Origin: an uncultured Campylobacteraceae bacterium
Lineage (GTDB): Bacteria; Campylobacterota; Campylobacteria; Campylobacterales; JALSKU01
NCBI GenBank assembly: GCA_964556545.1
Contig: CAZKWE010000059.1
Coordinates: forward strand, 24,481-88,480
Reading direction: 5' to 3'
Length of the DNA stretch: 64,000 nucleotides
Shown here: positions 1 through 9,899 of the stretch, in pieces
Position numbering within the stretch: position 1 is the first letter of the stretch
How the letters are laid out: each line of letters starts with the position of its first letter
Program-made: the position numbers and the translations under genes
Notes under the pieces: generated by a model
Seen by the model: only the letters and a program-made list of their open reading frames with translations
Told to the model about the DNA's origin: nothing
Database searches by the model: none

Positions 1-1
1 T

Positions 2-301
2 ATAGGGTTTATTGCTCTTATGGGAATAAGCTCAAGAAATTCACTTTTGTTGGTTGATTTTGCAAAAGCACTTATAAATGAAAAAGGTATACAAAAAAGA
101 AGGGCTATTGCCATAGCAACCGCAACCAGAGCAAAACCTATCATGCTGACAGCAATTGCTATCATACTCGGATCAGCCTTGCTTGCAAGCGATCCGATAT
201 TCGGAGGGCTTGGAGTAGCTCTTATAGGCGGTACTGTTGCGGCTGTGGCGGTATCCTTAATTTTTATACCGGTTTTAATGGATAATTCAAAAGATATATA
301 A
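2..301 (+). CDS. RND efflux pump inner-membrane subunit, C-terminal fragment (gene starts outside window)
   Basis: The frame is open from the window edge. The tail (...SRNSLLLVDFAK...PIMLTAIAIILGSALLA...GGTVAAVAVSLIFIPVL) looks like the last TM helices of AcrB/CzcA-type RND transporters. Confidence 0.6.
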   Translation: MGFIALMGISSRNSLLLVDFAKALINEKGIQKRRAIAIATATRAKPIMLTAIAIILGSALLASDPIFGGLGVALIGGTVAAVAVSLIFIPVLMDNSKDI

Positions 302-310
302 AGGAAAAAC

Positions 311-874
311 ATGGCAACATATTCAATGGGAGATTTGAAGAAAGGTTTGAAAATAGAGTTAAATGGTATTCCATATAAAATTGTAGAGTATCAGCATGTA
401 AAACCAGGCAAGGGTGCGGCTTTTGTAAGAGTAAAAATCAAGTCATATTTAAACGGCAAGGTTATTGATAAAACTTTTCATGCGGGCGATAAGTGTCAAT
501 CGCCCGATTTGGAAGATAAAGTTATGCAGTATCTTTATAATGATGGTGAAATGCTCCATTTTATGGATACAGCAACTTATGAACAAATCGCATTAAGCGA
601 AGATCAAGTAGGCGATGCCGCCCAATGGCTTATTGATGGTATGAATGTTGATATACTTTTTCATAACGGTAATGCTATCGGAGTCGAAGCTCCAAGCGTG
701 GTTGAGCTTAAAATTGTAGAAACACCGCCAAATTTCAAAGGTGATTCGCAAGGTGGGAAAAAACCGGCAACATTGGAAAGCGGAGCAGTTGTGCAGGTGC
801 CTTTTCATATTTTGGAAGGTGACACCATAAAAGTTGATACTGCAAAAGGTGAATATTTAGAAAAGGTCAAATAA
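311..874 (+). CDS. efp: Elongation factor P
   Basis: 187 aa with the typical EF-P N-terminus ([37 protein letters not shown]), including the conserved KPGKG loop. AGGAAA RBS upstream. Confidence 0.95.
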   Translation: MATYSMGDLKKGLKIELNGIPYKIVEYQHVKPGKGAAFVRVKIKSYLNGKVIDKTFHAGDKCQSPDLEDKVMQYLYNDGEMLHFMDTATYEQIALSEDQVGDAAQWLIDGMNVDILFHNGNAIGVEAPSVVELKIVETPPNFKGDSQGGKKPATLESGAVVQVPFHILEGDTIKVDTAKGEYLEKVK

Positions 875-892
875 CTCTCAAAGGAGATAAAA

Positions 893-1450
893 ATGGCAAA
901 AGTTTTAGTCCCATTGGCAAACGGTTTTGAAGAGATAGAAGCTATGAGCATTATAGATGTTTTAAGCAGAGCAGGAATTGATGTGGTTGTAGCGGGGCTT
1001 GAAAAAAGAGAAGTCGAAGGGTCTAACACCGGACTTAAAGTGATAGCCCATACTGTTTTGGATGATGTTGACATTGATTTGCTTGATATGATTGTACTTC
1101 CCGGCGGACTTCCCGGGGCTGAATATTTGGCAAAAAGTGAAAAAGTCAAATCTATAATAAAAGAGATGAGTTTAAAAAATAAACCGGTCGGTGCTATTTG
1201 TGCAGCCCCATGGGCATTAAAAGAAGCAGGAGTGCTTGAAGGAAAAAAACATACCAATTATCCAGGTTTCGAGAGCCATACGGGAAAAGATGGTTATATA
1301 GCAAATGAAAAAGTAGTAATTGATGGCAATGTCATAACCTCAAGAGGTCCCGGTACTGCTATATGTTTTGGGCTTGAAATAGTTAAATTGCTTGTTGGCA
1401 ATGAAAAATACGATGAATTAAAAGCCGGTCTTTTAGCAGATTTTTGTTAG
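893..1450 (+). CDS. DJ-1/PfpI (ThiJ) family protein
   Basis: 185 aa. Nucleophile-elbow motif GAICAAPWAL and the ...GNVITSRGPGTA... segment are characteristic of DJ-1/YajL-type proteins. GGAGA RBS. Confidence 0.85.
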   Translation: MAKVLVPLANGFEEIEAMSIIDVLSRAGIDVVVAGLEKREVEGSNTGLKVIAHTVLDDVDIDLLDMIVLPGGLPGAEYLAKSEKVKSIIKEMSLKNKPVGAICAAPWALKEAGVLEGKKHTNYPGFESHTGKDGYIANEKVVIDGNVITSRGPGTAICFGLEIVKLLVGNEKYDELKAGLLADFC

Positions 1451-1582
1451 TTTAAGAGTGTATTTGCAAATAGTAAACTTTCTGCTATGAAGCTTCTGCA
1501 GCCTTTTTGAGTTTTCATTAGAATGGGGTTTCTTTTAGTTGGGTACTTAATTATGATTATATAAAATTACAGGGAGACTTTT

Positions 1583-4500
1583 GTGAGTGATATAAAATTT
1601 ACCCATTTGCATTTACATACTGAATATTCACTTCTTGATGGAGCAAACAAAATCAAACTGCTTGCAAAAACTCTAAAAGAACAGGGTGTCAAAAGTGTAG
1701 CTATTACCGATCATGGCAATATGTTCGGAGCTATTGATTTTTATAAAACCATGAATGCTGAAGGTATAAAGCCCATAATCGGCATAGAGGCTTATATACA
1801 CAATCAAGATGATATTTCCGATAAAACAACGAGACAAAGATTTCATCTTTGTCTGTATGCAAAAAATTTGACCGGATATAAAAATCTTATGTATCTAAGC
1901 TCCCAAAGTTATATACATGGTTTTTATTATTATCCAAGGATCAATAAAAATATTCTTCGCGAATACAGTGAGGGACTTATCTGCTCTTCTGCCTGCTTGC
2001 AAGGGGAGGTTAACTGGCATTTAAATACCAACAATGAAAGAAATAAAAAGTTTGGTGCAAAAGGATATGACAGAGCCAAAGAGATAGCACTTGAATACAA
2101 AGATATCTTCGGAGAGGATTTTTATCTTGAACTTATGAGGCATGGTATCAATGATCAGTTTTTTATTGATGAACAAACCATAAAACTTTCTCTTGAAACC
2201 GGTATAAAGATTATAGCAACCAATGATACTCACTATTTGAAACAAGAAGAAGCAGATGCACATGAAGCTTTTATGTGTATTGCTATGAATAAAGAGTTTG
2301 ATGACCCCAATAGACTAAGACATTCCGTGCATGAATTTTATCTAAAATCTCCCGAAGAGATGGCTAAATTATATATTGATATACCTGAGGCGATAAGCAA
2401 TACCCAAGAAATTGTTGATAAATGCAATCTTAAATTAAACCTTGGCCACCCCACACCTCCAAAGTTTAAATTTACAAAAGAGTATGCGAAAAAAGAGGGG
2501 CTTGATATTCAAAGTGACGATGAATATTTTATATACAAATGTAAAGAAGGATTACTTGAGAGGTTGAAAAATATTCCTGAAAATGAGCATCAGAAATATC
2601 ATGAAAGATTAGAAAGAGAGATAGATATTATCAATAAGATGAAATTTCCAGGATATATGCTAATTGTTTGGGACTTTACAAGAGAGGCAAAAAAAAGAGG
2701 TATTCCCGTTGGTCCGGGCAGAGGTTCGGCTGCCGGTAGTTTGGTGGCTTATGCTTTAAAGATAACAGATATCGATCCGTTAAAATATGACTTGCTTTTT
2801 GAGAGATTTTTAAATCCTGAAAGAGTCAGTATGCCGGATATTGATATGGATTTTTGCCAAGCAAGAAGAGGTGAGATTATAAACTATGTTGTGGAAAAAT
2901 ATGGCAGATACAATGTCGCCCAAGTTATTACTTTTGGCAAGCTTTTGGCAAAGGGAGTTATCAGAGATACGGCAAGAGTTCTTGGTATGCCATACAGTGA
3001 AGCTGACAAAATGGCAAAACTGATACCTGATGAGCTTGGTATTACTCTTGAAAAAGCTTATGAAAAAGAGCCTAAACTAAGAGAACTTATAGAAAAAGAT
3101 TCAGCAGCTGCCAGAGTTTGGAAATTTGCTTTATCTCTTGAGGGGCTTAACAGAAATGCAGGAATGCATGCGGCAGGAGTAGTTTTAAGCAATGAAGAGT
3201 TGTGGCATAAGACACCACTTTATAAGCCATCAGGCGAAGAGCATCTTGTAACGCAGTACTCTTTGAAATATCTTGAAGATGTTGACCTTATAAAATTTGA
3301 CTTTTTGGGACTGAAAACACTTACTGTTATAGATAATGCATTAAAATTGATAAAAAAAAGATATGACAAAGATATAGATTTTTCTACGATAGATGTGAAT
3401 GACCCAAAAATTTACAAACTTATACAAAGCGGCAATACTCTTGGACTGTTTCAAATAGAATCAAGCGGTATGCAGCAATTAAATGAGAGATTGAAGCCTA
3501 CGACTTTTGAGGATATTATTGCGGTATTGGCACTTTATAGACCGGGACCGATGGAAAGCGGAATGCTTGATGACTTTATAGAAAGAAAACATGGCAGAGC
3601 TAAGATAACATATATGTTTCCCGAACTTGAGCCTATACTCAAACCAACTTATGGAGTAATAGTTTACCAAGAGCAGGTTATGCAGATAGTTCAAACCATA
3701 GGTGGCTTTACTCTTGGTGGTGCTGATGTGGTCAGACGGGCAATGGGTAAAAAAATAAAATCCGAAATGGACAGGCTAAAAGGAGAGTTTGCCAATGGTG
3801 CTGTAAAAAAAGGTTTTGATAAGAAAAAAGCCGAAGAATTGTTTGATTTGATAGTGAAGTTTGCAGGATACGGTTTTAACAAGTCACACTCTGCTGCTTA
3901 TGCAATGATAACATTCCAAACAAGTTATTTAAAAGCATATTATCCTCAAGAATTTATGGCCGCACTTTTAACAAGTGAACAGGATAATACCGATAAAATA
4001 GTCAAATATGTAGATGAAGTCAAAAGACTTGGCATAAAACTTTTACCTCCTGATATCAAAAGAAGCCATATAGAATTTTCAGCAATAAATGATAAAGATG
4101 AAAAAGCCATACTGTTTGGACTGGGTGCGATAAAAGGAGTTGGTGAAAAAGCGATAGAGAGTATTATTGAAGCAAGAGAAGAAAAACAGTTTGAGGATTT
4201 AAATGATTTTATATCAAGAATTGATACATCAAAAGTCAATAAAAGAGTTTTGGAATCATTGATAAAATCAGGTAGTTTTGATAGTTTTAAATACTCCAGA
4301 CGGGCTCTTTTAGATCATATAGAGCATATTGTAAATGCAGGTGCAGAATGCACAAGAGCTAAAAAAATGGCTGAAAATTCTCTTTTTGGCAATACTGCCG
4401 AGATGACGGAAGCCAGAGTTGAGATAAATGATATGCCCGAATTTGAAATAAAAGATATTCTTGATTTGGAAAAAGAGACTATGGGTTTTTATGTTTCAGG

Positions 4501-5080
4501 CCATCCGCTTGACAGCTACAGAGAGGAGATAGAAAAAATTCCCCATACTCTCTCAAGTGAAGTAGATACTATAGCTGACGGCAGCAAAGCACTGTTTATA
4601 GGAAAAGTGGAGGATATAACAACTAAAATAAGTAAAAAAGGCAATAAATTTGCAATCATAAATATTATGGATTTTCACGGTAATATTGAATTGACTGTAT
4701 TTGAAAAAATGCTCTATCAGCTTGAAAAAATGGATTTGGAAAAACCTTTGGCCTTTAAGGTGCAGATTAACAAAGATGATCAATTTACAAGGATTAAAAC
4801 TCTTAAAATTATGGGAATAGATGAATCAAAAAAAGAGAATATTCAAACCAAGACAGTTGAAGTTCCAAAAGAGCCTATATTTATCAAGATAAAACTTTCA
4901 CATGAGTTGGATATTATTGACAAACTCTATTCGATAGTAAGAAACTGTCAGGGAAGTAGAGAGTTAAAACTAATTATAAGCTCCAAAAGAGAAGATGTTG
5001 TAATAGATGTGAATGAAAGAGTCAGCGAAGATATAGTAAAAGAGATATCAAAACTTGAGTCATTTGAAGCAGTTGCATAG
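1583..5080 (+). CDS. dnaE: DNA polymerase III alpha subunit
   Basis: 1165 aa. PHP domain start (FTHLHLHTEYSLLDG), catalytic region (PDIDMDF, GRGSAAGSLVAY), and a YGFNKSHSAAYA segment. GTG start preceded by GGGAGA. Confidence 0.95.
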   Translation: MSDIKFTHLHLHTEYSLLDGANKIKLLAKTLKEQGVKSVAITDHGNMFGAIDFYKTMNAEGIKPIIGIEAYIHNQDDISDKTTRQRFHLCLYAKNLTGYKNLMYLSSQSYIHGFYYYPRINKNILREYSEGLICSSACLQGEVNWHLNTNNERNKKFGAKGYDRAKEIALEYKDIFGEDFYLELMRHGINDQFFIDEQTIKLSLETGIKIIATNDTHYLKQEEADAHEAFMCIAMNKEFDDPNRLRHSVHEFYLKSPEEMAKLYIDIPEAISNTQEIVDKCNLKLNLGHPTPPKFKFTKEYAKKEGLDIQSDDEYFIYKCKEGLLERLKNIPENEHQKYHERLEREIDIINKMKFPGYMLIVWDFTREAKKRGIPVGPGRGSAAGSLVAYALKITDIDPLKYDLLFERFLNPERVSMPDIDMDFCQARRGEIINYVVEKYGRYNVAQVITFGKLLAKGVIRDTARVLGMPYSEADKMAKLIPDELGITLEKAYEKEPKLRELIEKDSAAARVWKFALSLEGLNRNAGMHAAGVVLSNEELWHKTPLYKPSGEEHLVTQYSLKYLEDVDLIKFDFLGLKTLTVIDNALKLIKKRYDKDIDFSTIDVNDPKIYKLIQSGNTLGLFQIESSGMQQLNERLKPTTFEDIIAVLALYRPGPMESGMLDDFIERKHGRAKITYMFPELEPILKPTYGVIVYQEQVMQIVQTIGGFTLGGADVVRRAMGKKIKSEMDRLKGEFANGAVKKGFDKKKAEELFDLIVKFAGYGFNKSHSAAYAMITFQTSYLKAYYPQEFMAALLTSEQDNTDKIVKYVDEVKRLGIKLLPPDIKRSHIEFSAINDKDEKAILFGLGAIKGVGEKAIESIIEAREEKQFEDLNDFISRIDTSKVNKRVLESLIKSGSFDSFKYSRRALLDHIEHIVNAGAECTRAKKMAENSLFGNTAEMTEARVEINDMPEFEIKDILDLEKETMGFYVSGHPLDSYREEIEKIPHTLSSEVDTIADGSKALFIGKVEDITTKISKKGNKFAIINIMDFHGNIELTVFEKMLYQLEKMDLEKPLAFKVQINKDDQFTRIKTLKIMGIDESKKENIQTKTVEVPKEPIFIKIKLSHELDIIDKLYSIVRNCQGSRELKLIISSKREDVVIDVNERVSEDIVKEISKLESFEAVA

Positions 5081-5098
5081 AGAGTATCTTGAAATCGT

Positions 5099-6100
5099 TT
5101 ATAAAATTATTTCAAAACCCTTTTGTGTATTTAGTATCTTTATTTTTGCATTGTGTGCATTTAAAATTTCCAAAGAGAGTGCCATTCCAAGTCCATGACC
5201 CTTTGTTTTAGTAGTTTTAAACGGTTCATACAGTATCGAAGCATCTTCTATCGGTGGAGCTGAATCGAGTATAAAAAATGAACTATTTTTAAAAATAATT
5301 TTTATCCATCCTTGATCGTTTTCATCTTCTTCTATTGCATCTATGGCATTAAATATAAAATTTTGAAGTACTATGCTAAAAAGATCAAAGTCAACTTCGA
5401 TATCGGAGTTTTCCAGGTTAAATTCTATATCTATATTTTTAGAATATGTATAATATGCAAGAGCAGTTTGCAACTCTTCTTTGAATTTTTTTACATTTAC
5501 ACAATTTTTATTTACCGATACACCTTTTGTAAAAAGAAGTGTAGCCTTTATAATTCTTTCAACTCTCCAAATAGATTTTTTTATTTCATCTATCAAAGGT
5601 TTGTTTTTTGGAGCTACTCTTTTTGCAAGCGAGGAAGCCATAAGAGAAACTGAGCCTATGGGATTTCTTATCTCATGGGAGAGATGTGCTGCTATTTGCC
5701 CCATAGATGCTAACCTTTCACTTCTTTTTTCCTGTGTTATATCAGTAGCACTGACAATTTTTTTACCAAAGGCTTGACTGATTTTAACAAGATAATAGTT
5801 ATTGTTAAATTCCACTTCATCACTCTCTTTATTTTTATCAATTATTTTGATTAGACCCGGTATTTTTTTGGCTTCAGAATTTTCTAAAAAAATTTCTTTA
5901 TCGTTTTCAATAACCCATATAGCATTCGGCAAAACTTCGACAACCTGTTTGATAAAGTCCTGTAATTCATTGTATGAGTGTTTTAACTCTTTATACTCAT
6001 TTTCAACAGCATAAGTTTGGTCAATCAAGCCTTTTAGTGTCTCTTTGAGTATCTCTTTTTCTTTGGAGTCAAGTTTTTTAAGCATCTCTTTATCTATCAT
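5099..6100 (-). CDS. Soluble sensor histidine kinase (NtrB/FlgS-like)
   Basis: H-box LSHEIRNPIGSV and HATPase_c motifs (NAIDAI, GHGLGMALS), with no obvious TM segment. I prefer the ATG at 6100 (AGGAAA RBS 4 nt upstream) over the track start at 6118. Size and architecture resemble Campylobacter/Helicobacter FlgS, but that identity is not proven. Confidence 0.8.
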   Translation of the reverse strand: MIDKEMLKKLDSKEKEILKETLKGLIDQTYAVENEYKELKHSYNELQDFIKQVVEVLPNAIWVIENDKEIFLENSEAKKIPGLIKIIDKNKESDEVEFNNNYYLVKISQAFGKKIVSATDITQEKRSERLASMGQIAAHLSHEIRNPIGSVSLMASSLAKRVAPKNKPLIDEIKKSIWRVERIIKATLLFTKGVSVNKNCVNVKKFKEELQTALAYYTYSKNIDIEFNLENSDIEVDFDLFSIVLQNFIFNAIDAIEEDENDQGWIKIIFKNSSFFILDSAPPIEDASILYEPFKTTKTKGHGLGMALSLEILNAHNAKIKILNTQKGFEIIL

Positions 6101-6974
6101 ACAGTTTCCTAAAATCACTTAAATCAAAAAGCAGTATATTTCTTTCTTTTTTTAAAGATTTACTAAAGCCGTTTTTTGAAAAAAGAGCAAAGTTAACAAT
6201 TTCAAAATCAAGATTTTTTGCTTTGTTTTGCAGTTTTCTTAAAGTATTTTTGCAAATTTTCTGGTTTGTCCATTTGCATTCGCCCAAGATATATCGATTG
6301 TCTTTGTTTTTCGCAAGTATATCATATTCGGTGTATTTATTCCAGTATCCTCCGCTTTCAACAATATTAAGATTAAAAAATTCTTCTTTTATAAGTTCAT
6401 TTGATAATTCTTCAAAAGTTAAACTTACATATTTTTCAAAACCGTTTTGTATATAATTTATGCAGTCTTGTTTGTATCCTTGCTCCAACTCATCACTAAA
6501 CGGGGAGATAAAAGTATACCAAAATCTATCAAAATTTTTTACAAATTTTATTTTATCCTCAGGATAATATCCTCTAAATTCTTTTTTTATATATCTGTTT
6601 TTTTCTCTTTGGGGTATCTTTTCTCTGGTGGGTTCTTTTTTTATAATATTGTTTTGGTATAACTCTTTATGAAGTATTCTTCCTCTTGTTTGCGAAATTT
6701 CTTTTGTATTTCTGTAGAGCGAATACTGTTTTCTGTCTCCCCCGGCCAATTTTTGCAATATAAGTTTTTTGTCTTTATCAAAATAAAATTTTTCTTTTAT
6801 TTTGTGATAATTTTGCACAACAATTGTTTTTATATTTTCAAATACATTATTATCTAAGGTGATATTGTTTAGTTCAAATCCTTCAAAAACAGCAAAATTT
6901 TCTATCAATTCTTTTGTGTTAAGATAGGCAAATTTGATATAAAAATTTTTAAAATTATTTTTTATATTACTCAT
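6090..6974 (-). CDS. Hypothetical protein with DUF234-like C-terminal domain (no ATPase P-loop seen)
   Basis: 294 aa. The C-terminal segment ...YILGECKWTNQKICKNTLRKLQNKA... resembles the DUF234 module found at the end of archaeal-type DEXX-box ATPases. No Walker A motif is visible. Overlaps the kinase start by 11 nt. Confidence 0.4.
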   Translation of the reverse strand: MSNIKNNFKNFYIKFAYLNTKELIENFAVFEGFELNNITLDNNVFENIKTIVVQNYHKIKEKFYFDKDKKLILQKLAGGDRKQYSLYRNTKEISQTRGRILHKELYQNNIIKKEPTREKIPQREKNRYIKKEFRGYYPEDKIKFVKNFDRFWYTFISPFSDELEQGYKQDCINYIQNGFEKYVSLTFEELSNELIKEEFFNLNIVESGGYWNKYTEYDILAKNKDNRYILGECKWTNQKICKNTLRKLQNKAKNLDFEIVNFALFSKNGFSKSLKKERNILLFDLSDFRKLYDR

Positions 6975-7030
6975 AGATATATTTTACTAAAGTTTTGATA
7001 AAATAATCATTTATGCAAAAAGGATAAAGT

Positions 7031-9856
7031 ATGCAACACTTGTCAACAAAATATAGAGAATTTTACGAAGCTATATCAAAAGTTATACCAAAGAAGCGAA
7101 TTTACACTGATTTGTTAAACACAATCTGCTATGGACATGATGCATCATTTTATAAATTGGTACCTAAGATTGTAATTATCTGCAATAACAGTGATGAAAT
7201 CAGAGAAATACTTTTTTTATCGGATAAACTTTCATTGCCGATAGTTTTCAGGGCAGCCGGAACTTCACTTTCAGGACAAGCTATCAGTGATAGTATTTTG
7301 GTTGTAACTTCAAGAGATAAAAGAGGCGTCAAAGTATCTCATGACGGCAAAAGTATAACTCTTGAGCCTTCGGTTGTAGGATCTTATGCAAATCTGCATT
7401 TAAAAAGATTTCATAAAAAAATCGGACCGGACCCAGCTTCCATAGATGCTTGTATGATAGGAGGTATTGCAGCAAACAATGCAAGTGGAATGTGTTGCGG
7501 TATCGATCAAAACAGTTATAAGACCGTAAAAAGTATGAAAATTATCCTTCAGGACGGTTTTTTGCTTGACACCTCATCAAATGATTCAAAAGAAGAGTTT
7601 AAAAAAACTCATCAGGATATTTGTAAAAAACTTTTATATTTAAGAAAAAAAATTATTGAAGATGAAGATTTAAAAAATTTAATCATTAAAAAATATAAAA
7701 TAAAAAATACATGCGGATATTCTATAAACTCTTTAATAGACTATGAAGATCCGATTGATATACTTTTGCATTTAATGATCGGAAGTGAAGGAACTCTCGG
7801 ATATATAGAAGAGATTACATATCATACGGTTGATGATCCTCCTATAAAAGCAAGTGCTTTGATGCTTTTTGTTGATATAAATAGTGCAGCTATGGCAGTC
7901 CAAAGGCTTAAAACTCTACCAAGGAGTATAGTGCCGGCAGCAGAGTTGATGGATAGGGCGGCATTAAAAAGTGTCGAAAACAAAAAAGGAATGGAGTTTT
8001 TAAAAAAGCTTGGCAGTAATGTAGCCGCACTGCTTGTAGAGAGTGTTTCAACTTCAAAAGAAAAGCTTAAAAGCCAAACCAAAGAGATAATAAAACTGTT
8101 AGAAGGCTTGAAAACTGTAGCTCCCATAGAATTTAGTGATGATGAAAAAGTTTATAAAAGATACTGGGATATAAGAAAGGGACTTTTTCCCGCTGTCGGA
8201 TCTATGAGAAAAACAGGAACGACTTGTATTATAGAGGATATAGCATTTCCAATGAATAAGCTTGACAGTGCCGTTTTGAAATTACAAGAGCTATTTAAAA
8301 AGTATGGTTATGATGAAGCAATTATATTCGGACACTCTTTGGATAGTAATCTTCATTTTGTTTTTAATCAGGATTTTTCAAAGTCACAAGAGGTTGAAAG
8401 ATACAGAGATTTTATGAAAGAGATAACCGATATGGTCGCGATAGATTATAAAGGAAGTCTAAAAGCAGAACACGGTACCGGCAGAAATATGGCTCCTTTC
8501 GTAGAGATGGAGTGGGGTAGAAAAGCTTATGAAATTATGAAAGAGATAAAAGCTATATTAGATCCTAAAAATCTTTTAAATCCCGGTGTGCTTATAAATG
8601 ATGACAGCGAAATATATATAAAAAACTTAAAACCTTTATATCCGAGTAATGACTTGATAGACAAATGTATAGAGTGTGGCTTTTGTGAGCCGAATTGTCC
8701 TTCGAATGTTTTAACTCTTACTCCGAGACAGAGAATAATTGCAAATAGAGAGATAAACAGACTTTTTTCTCAAGAAAAAGATCAAAAAGCTATGAAATTA
8801 TTGAAAGATTTATACAAGTATGAAGCTGTAGATACTTGTGCGGCATGTTCGCTTTGTTCGTTGTCCTGCCCTGTCGGTATAGATACCGCACTCTTGACCA
8901 AAGAGTTAAGAGCAGGAGAAATTAGTCAAAAAAACAGAAAAATAGCTAAAAAAATTATTAGAAATTATGATAAAACTTTGAATCTTGTAAAGTTTACTCT
9001 TATGACAAACTCTCTTGCGAAAACTATTTTTGGTGAAAAAATTATGCAAAAAAGTATGGATTTTGCAAGAGAAATAACAAACGGCAAAATACCAAAATGG
9101 ACCCCGCATCTTCCCCATAAGTCAAATTTTGAAAAAGAGAGAATTTTGGTTAAAAAATCCGATGAAAAAATTGTTTATTTTCCATCTTGCCTTTGCAGAA
9201 CCTTTGGTAAAAAAGATAATCAAAAACTCGAACCGTATGAAGTAATAAACAATATTATAAACAGAGCAGGATATGAAATTATTATCCCAAAACATATCGA
9301 TAAACTCTGTTGCGGAACACCTATGAGTTCAAAAGGATACAAAGATGAGGCAAAAGAACAGCTTAGTGAGCTTGAAGAGGCACTTTTTGAAGCAAGCAAT
9401 GGTGGAAAATATCCTGTATTGTGTGAAACTTCACCTTGTGTCAAAGCAATGGTTTCAGGTTTTAAAAAAGATATAAAAGTATATGAGCCTATTGAATTTA
9501 CACTAAAATTTTTGGTTCCGAAATTAAAATTTAAGAAGTTAGACAAACCTATAACCGTTCACACTACATGTTCTACTGCAAAACTTGGTTTAAAAAACGA
9601 ATTGATAAAACTTGCCAAAATGTGCAGTGACAAGGTTATTGTGCCGACAAATGTTACATGTTGTGGTTTTGCAGGCGATAGAGGTTTTAATTTTCCCGAA
9701 TTAAATGCTTCGGCTTTAAGATGGCTTAAAAGTGATTTAAATAATAGTGTACGAAAAGGTTACTCTACAAGCATTACCTGTGAAATTGGCTTGAGTGAGC
9801 ATAGCGGTATAGATTATGAATCAATATTTTATCTTATAGATGAGTGTACAAGATAA
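7031..9856 (+). CDS. FAD-linked oxidase fused to 4Fe-4S and CCG domains (D-lactate/glycolate dehydrogenase-like respiratory oxidoreductase)
   Basis: 941 aa. N-terminal FAD-binding-4-type region (RAAGTSLSGQA), two ferredoxin cluster motifs (CIECGFCEPNCP, CAACSLCSLSCP), and two cysteine-rich CCG motifs (CCGTPM, CCGFAGDRG). Same architecture as the C. jejuni Cj1585c-type lactate oxidoreductase. Confidence 0.8.
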   Translation: MQHLSTKYREFYEAISKVIPKKRIYTDLLNTICYGHDASFYKLVPKIVIICNNSDEIREILFLSDKLSLPIVFRAAGTSLSGQAISDSILVVTSRDKRGVKVSHDGKSITLEPSVVGSYANLHLKRFHKKIGPDPASIDACMIGGIAANNASGMCCGIDQNSYKTVKSMKIILQDGFLLDTSSNDSKEEFKKTHQDICKKLLYLRKKIIEDEDLKNLIIKKYKIKNTCGYSINSLIDYEDPIDILLHLMIGSEGTLGYIEEITYHTVDDPPIKASALMLFVDINSAAMAVQRLKTLPRSIVPAAELMDRAALKSVENKKGMEFLKKLGSNVAALLVESVSTSKEKLKSQTKEIIKLLEGLKTVAPIEFSDDEKVYKRYWDIRKGLFPAVGSMRKTGTTCIIEDIAFPMNKLDSAVLKLQELFKKYGYDEAIIFGHSLDSNLHFVFNQDFSKSQEVERYRDFMKEITDMVAIDYKGSLKAEHGTGRNMAPFVEMEWGRKAYEIMKEIKAILDPKNLLNPGVLINDDSEIYIKNLKPLYPSNDLIDKCIECGFCEPNCPSNVLTLTPRQRIIANREINRLFSQEKDQKAMKLLKDLYKYEAVDTCAACSLCSLSCPVGIDTALLTKELRAGEISQKNRKIAKKIIRNYDKTLNLVKFTLMTNSLAKTIFGEKIMQKSMDFAREITNGKIPKWTPHLPHKSNFEKERILVKKSDEKIVYFPSCLCRTFGKKDNQKLEPYEVINNIINRAGYEIIIPKHIDKLCCGTPMSSKGYKDEAKEQLSELEEALFEASNGGKYPVLCETSPCVKAMVSGFKKDIKVYEPIEFTLKFLVPKLKFKKLDKPITVHTTCSTAKLGLKNELIKLAKMCSDKVIVPTNVTCCGFAGDRGFNFPELNASALRWLKSDLNNSVRKGYSTSITCEIGLSEHSGIDYESIFYLIDECTR

Positions 9857-9899
9857 AATGATATAATACGAATAAATAAATTACCAAAGGTTGTAACCG

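Noticed and set aside
593-1257. Track ORFs on the minus strand (593-808, 805-1257) antisense to efp and the DJ-1 gene. Many similar antisense ORFs lie inside dnaE, the oxidoreductase, the permeases, radA, the GGDEF-EAL gene and others.
   Set aside because: They lie entirely within strongly supported genes on the other strand. They have low-complexity S/F/I/L-rich translations, no RBS and no recognisable motifs, which is typical of shadow ORFs in AT-rich DNA.
1451-1582. A possible terminator or regulatory palindrome (GAAGCTTC, CTGCAG) between the DJ-1 gene and dnaE.
   Set aside because: The complementary segments overlap each other, so no loop is possible. They are just short restriction-site-like palindromes, and no convincing hairpin plus T-tract is present.
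5099-6974. The DUF234-like gene plus kinase, considered as a defence system.
   Set aside because: There is no ATPase, nuclease, methylase or other defence-associated partner. The context is housekeeping.
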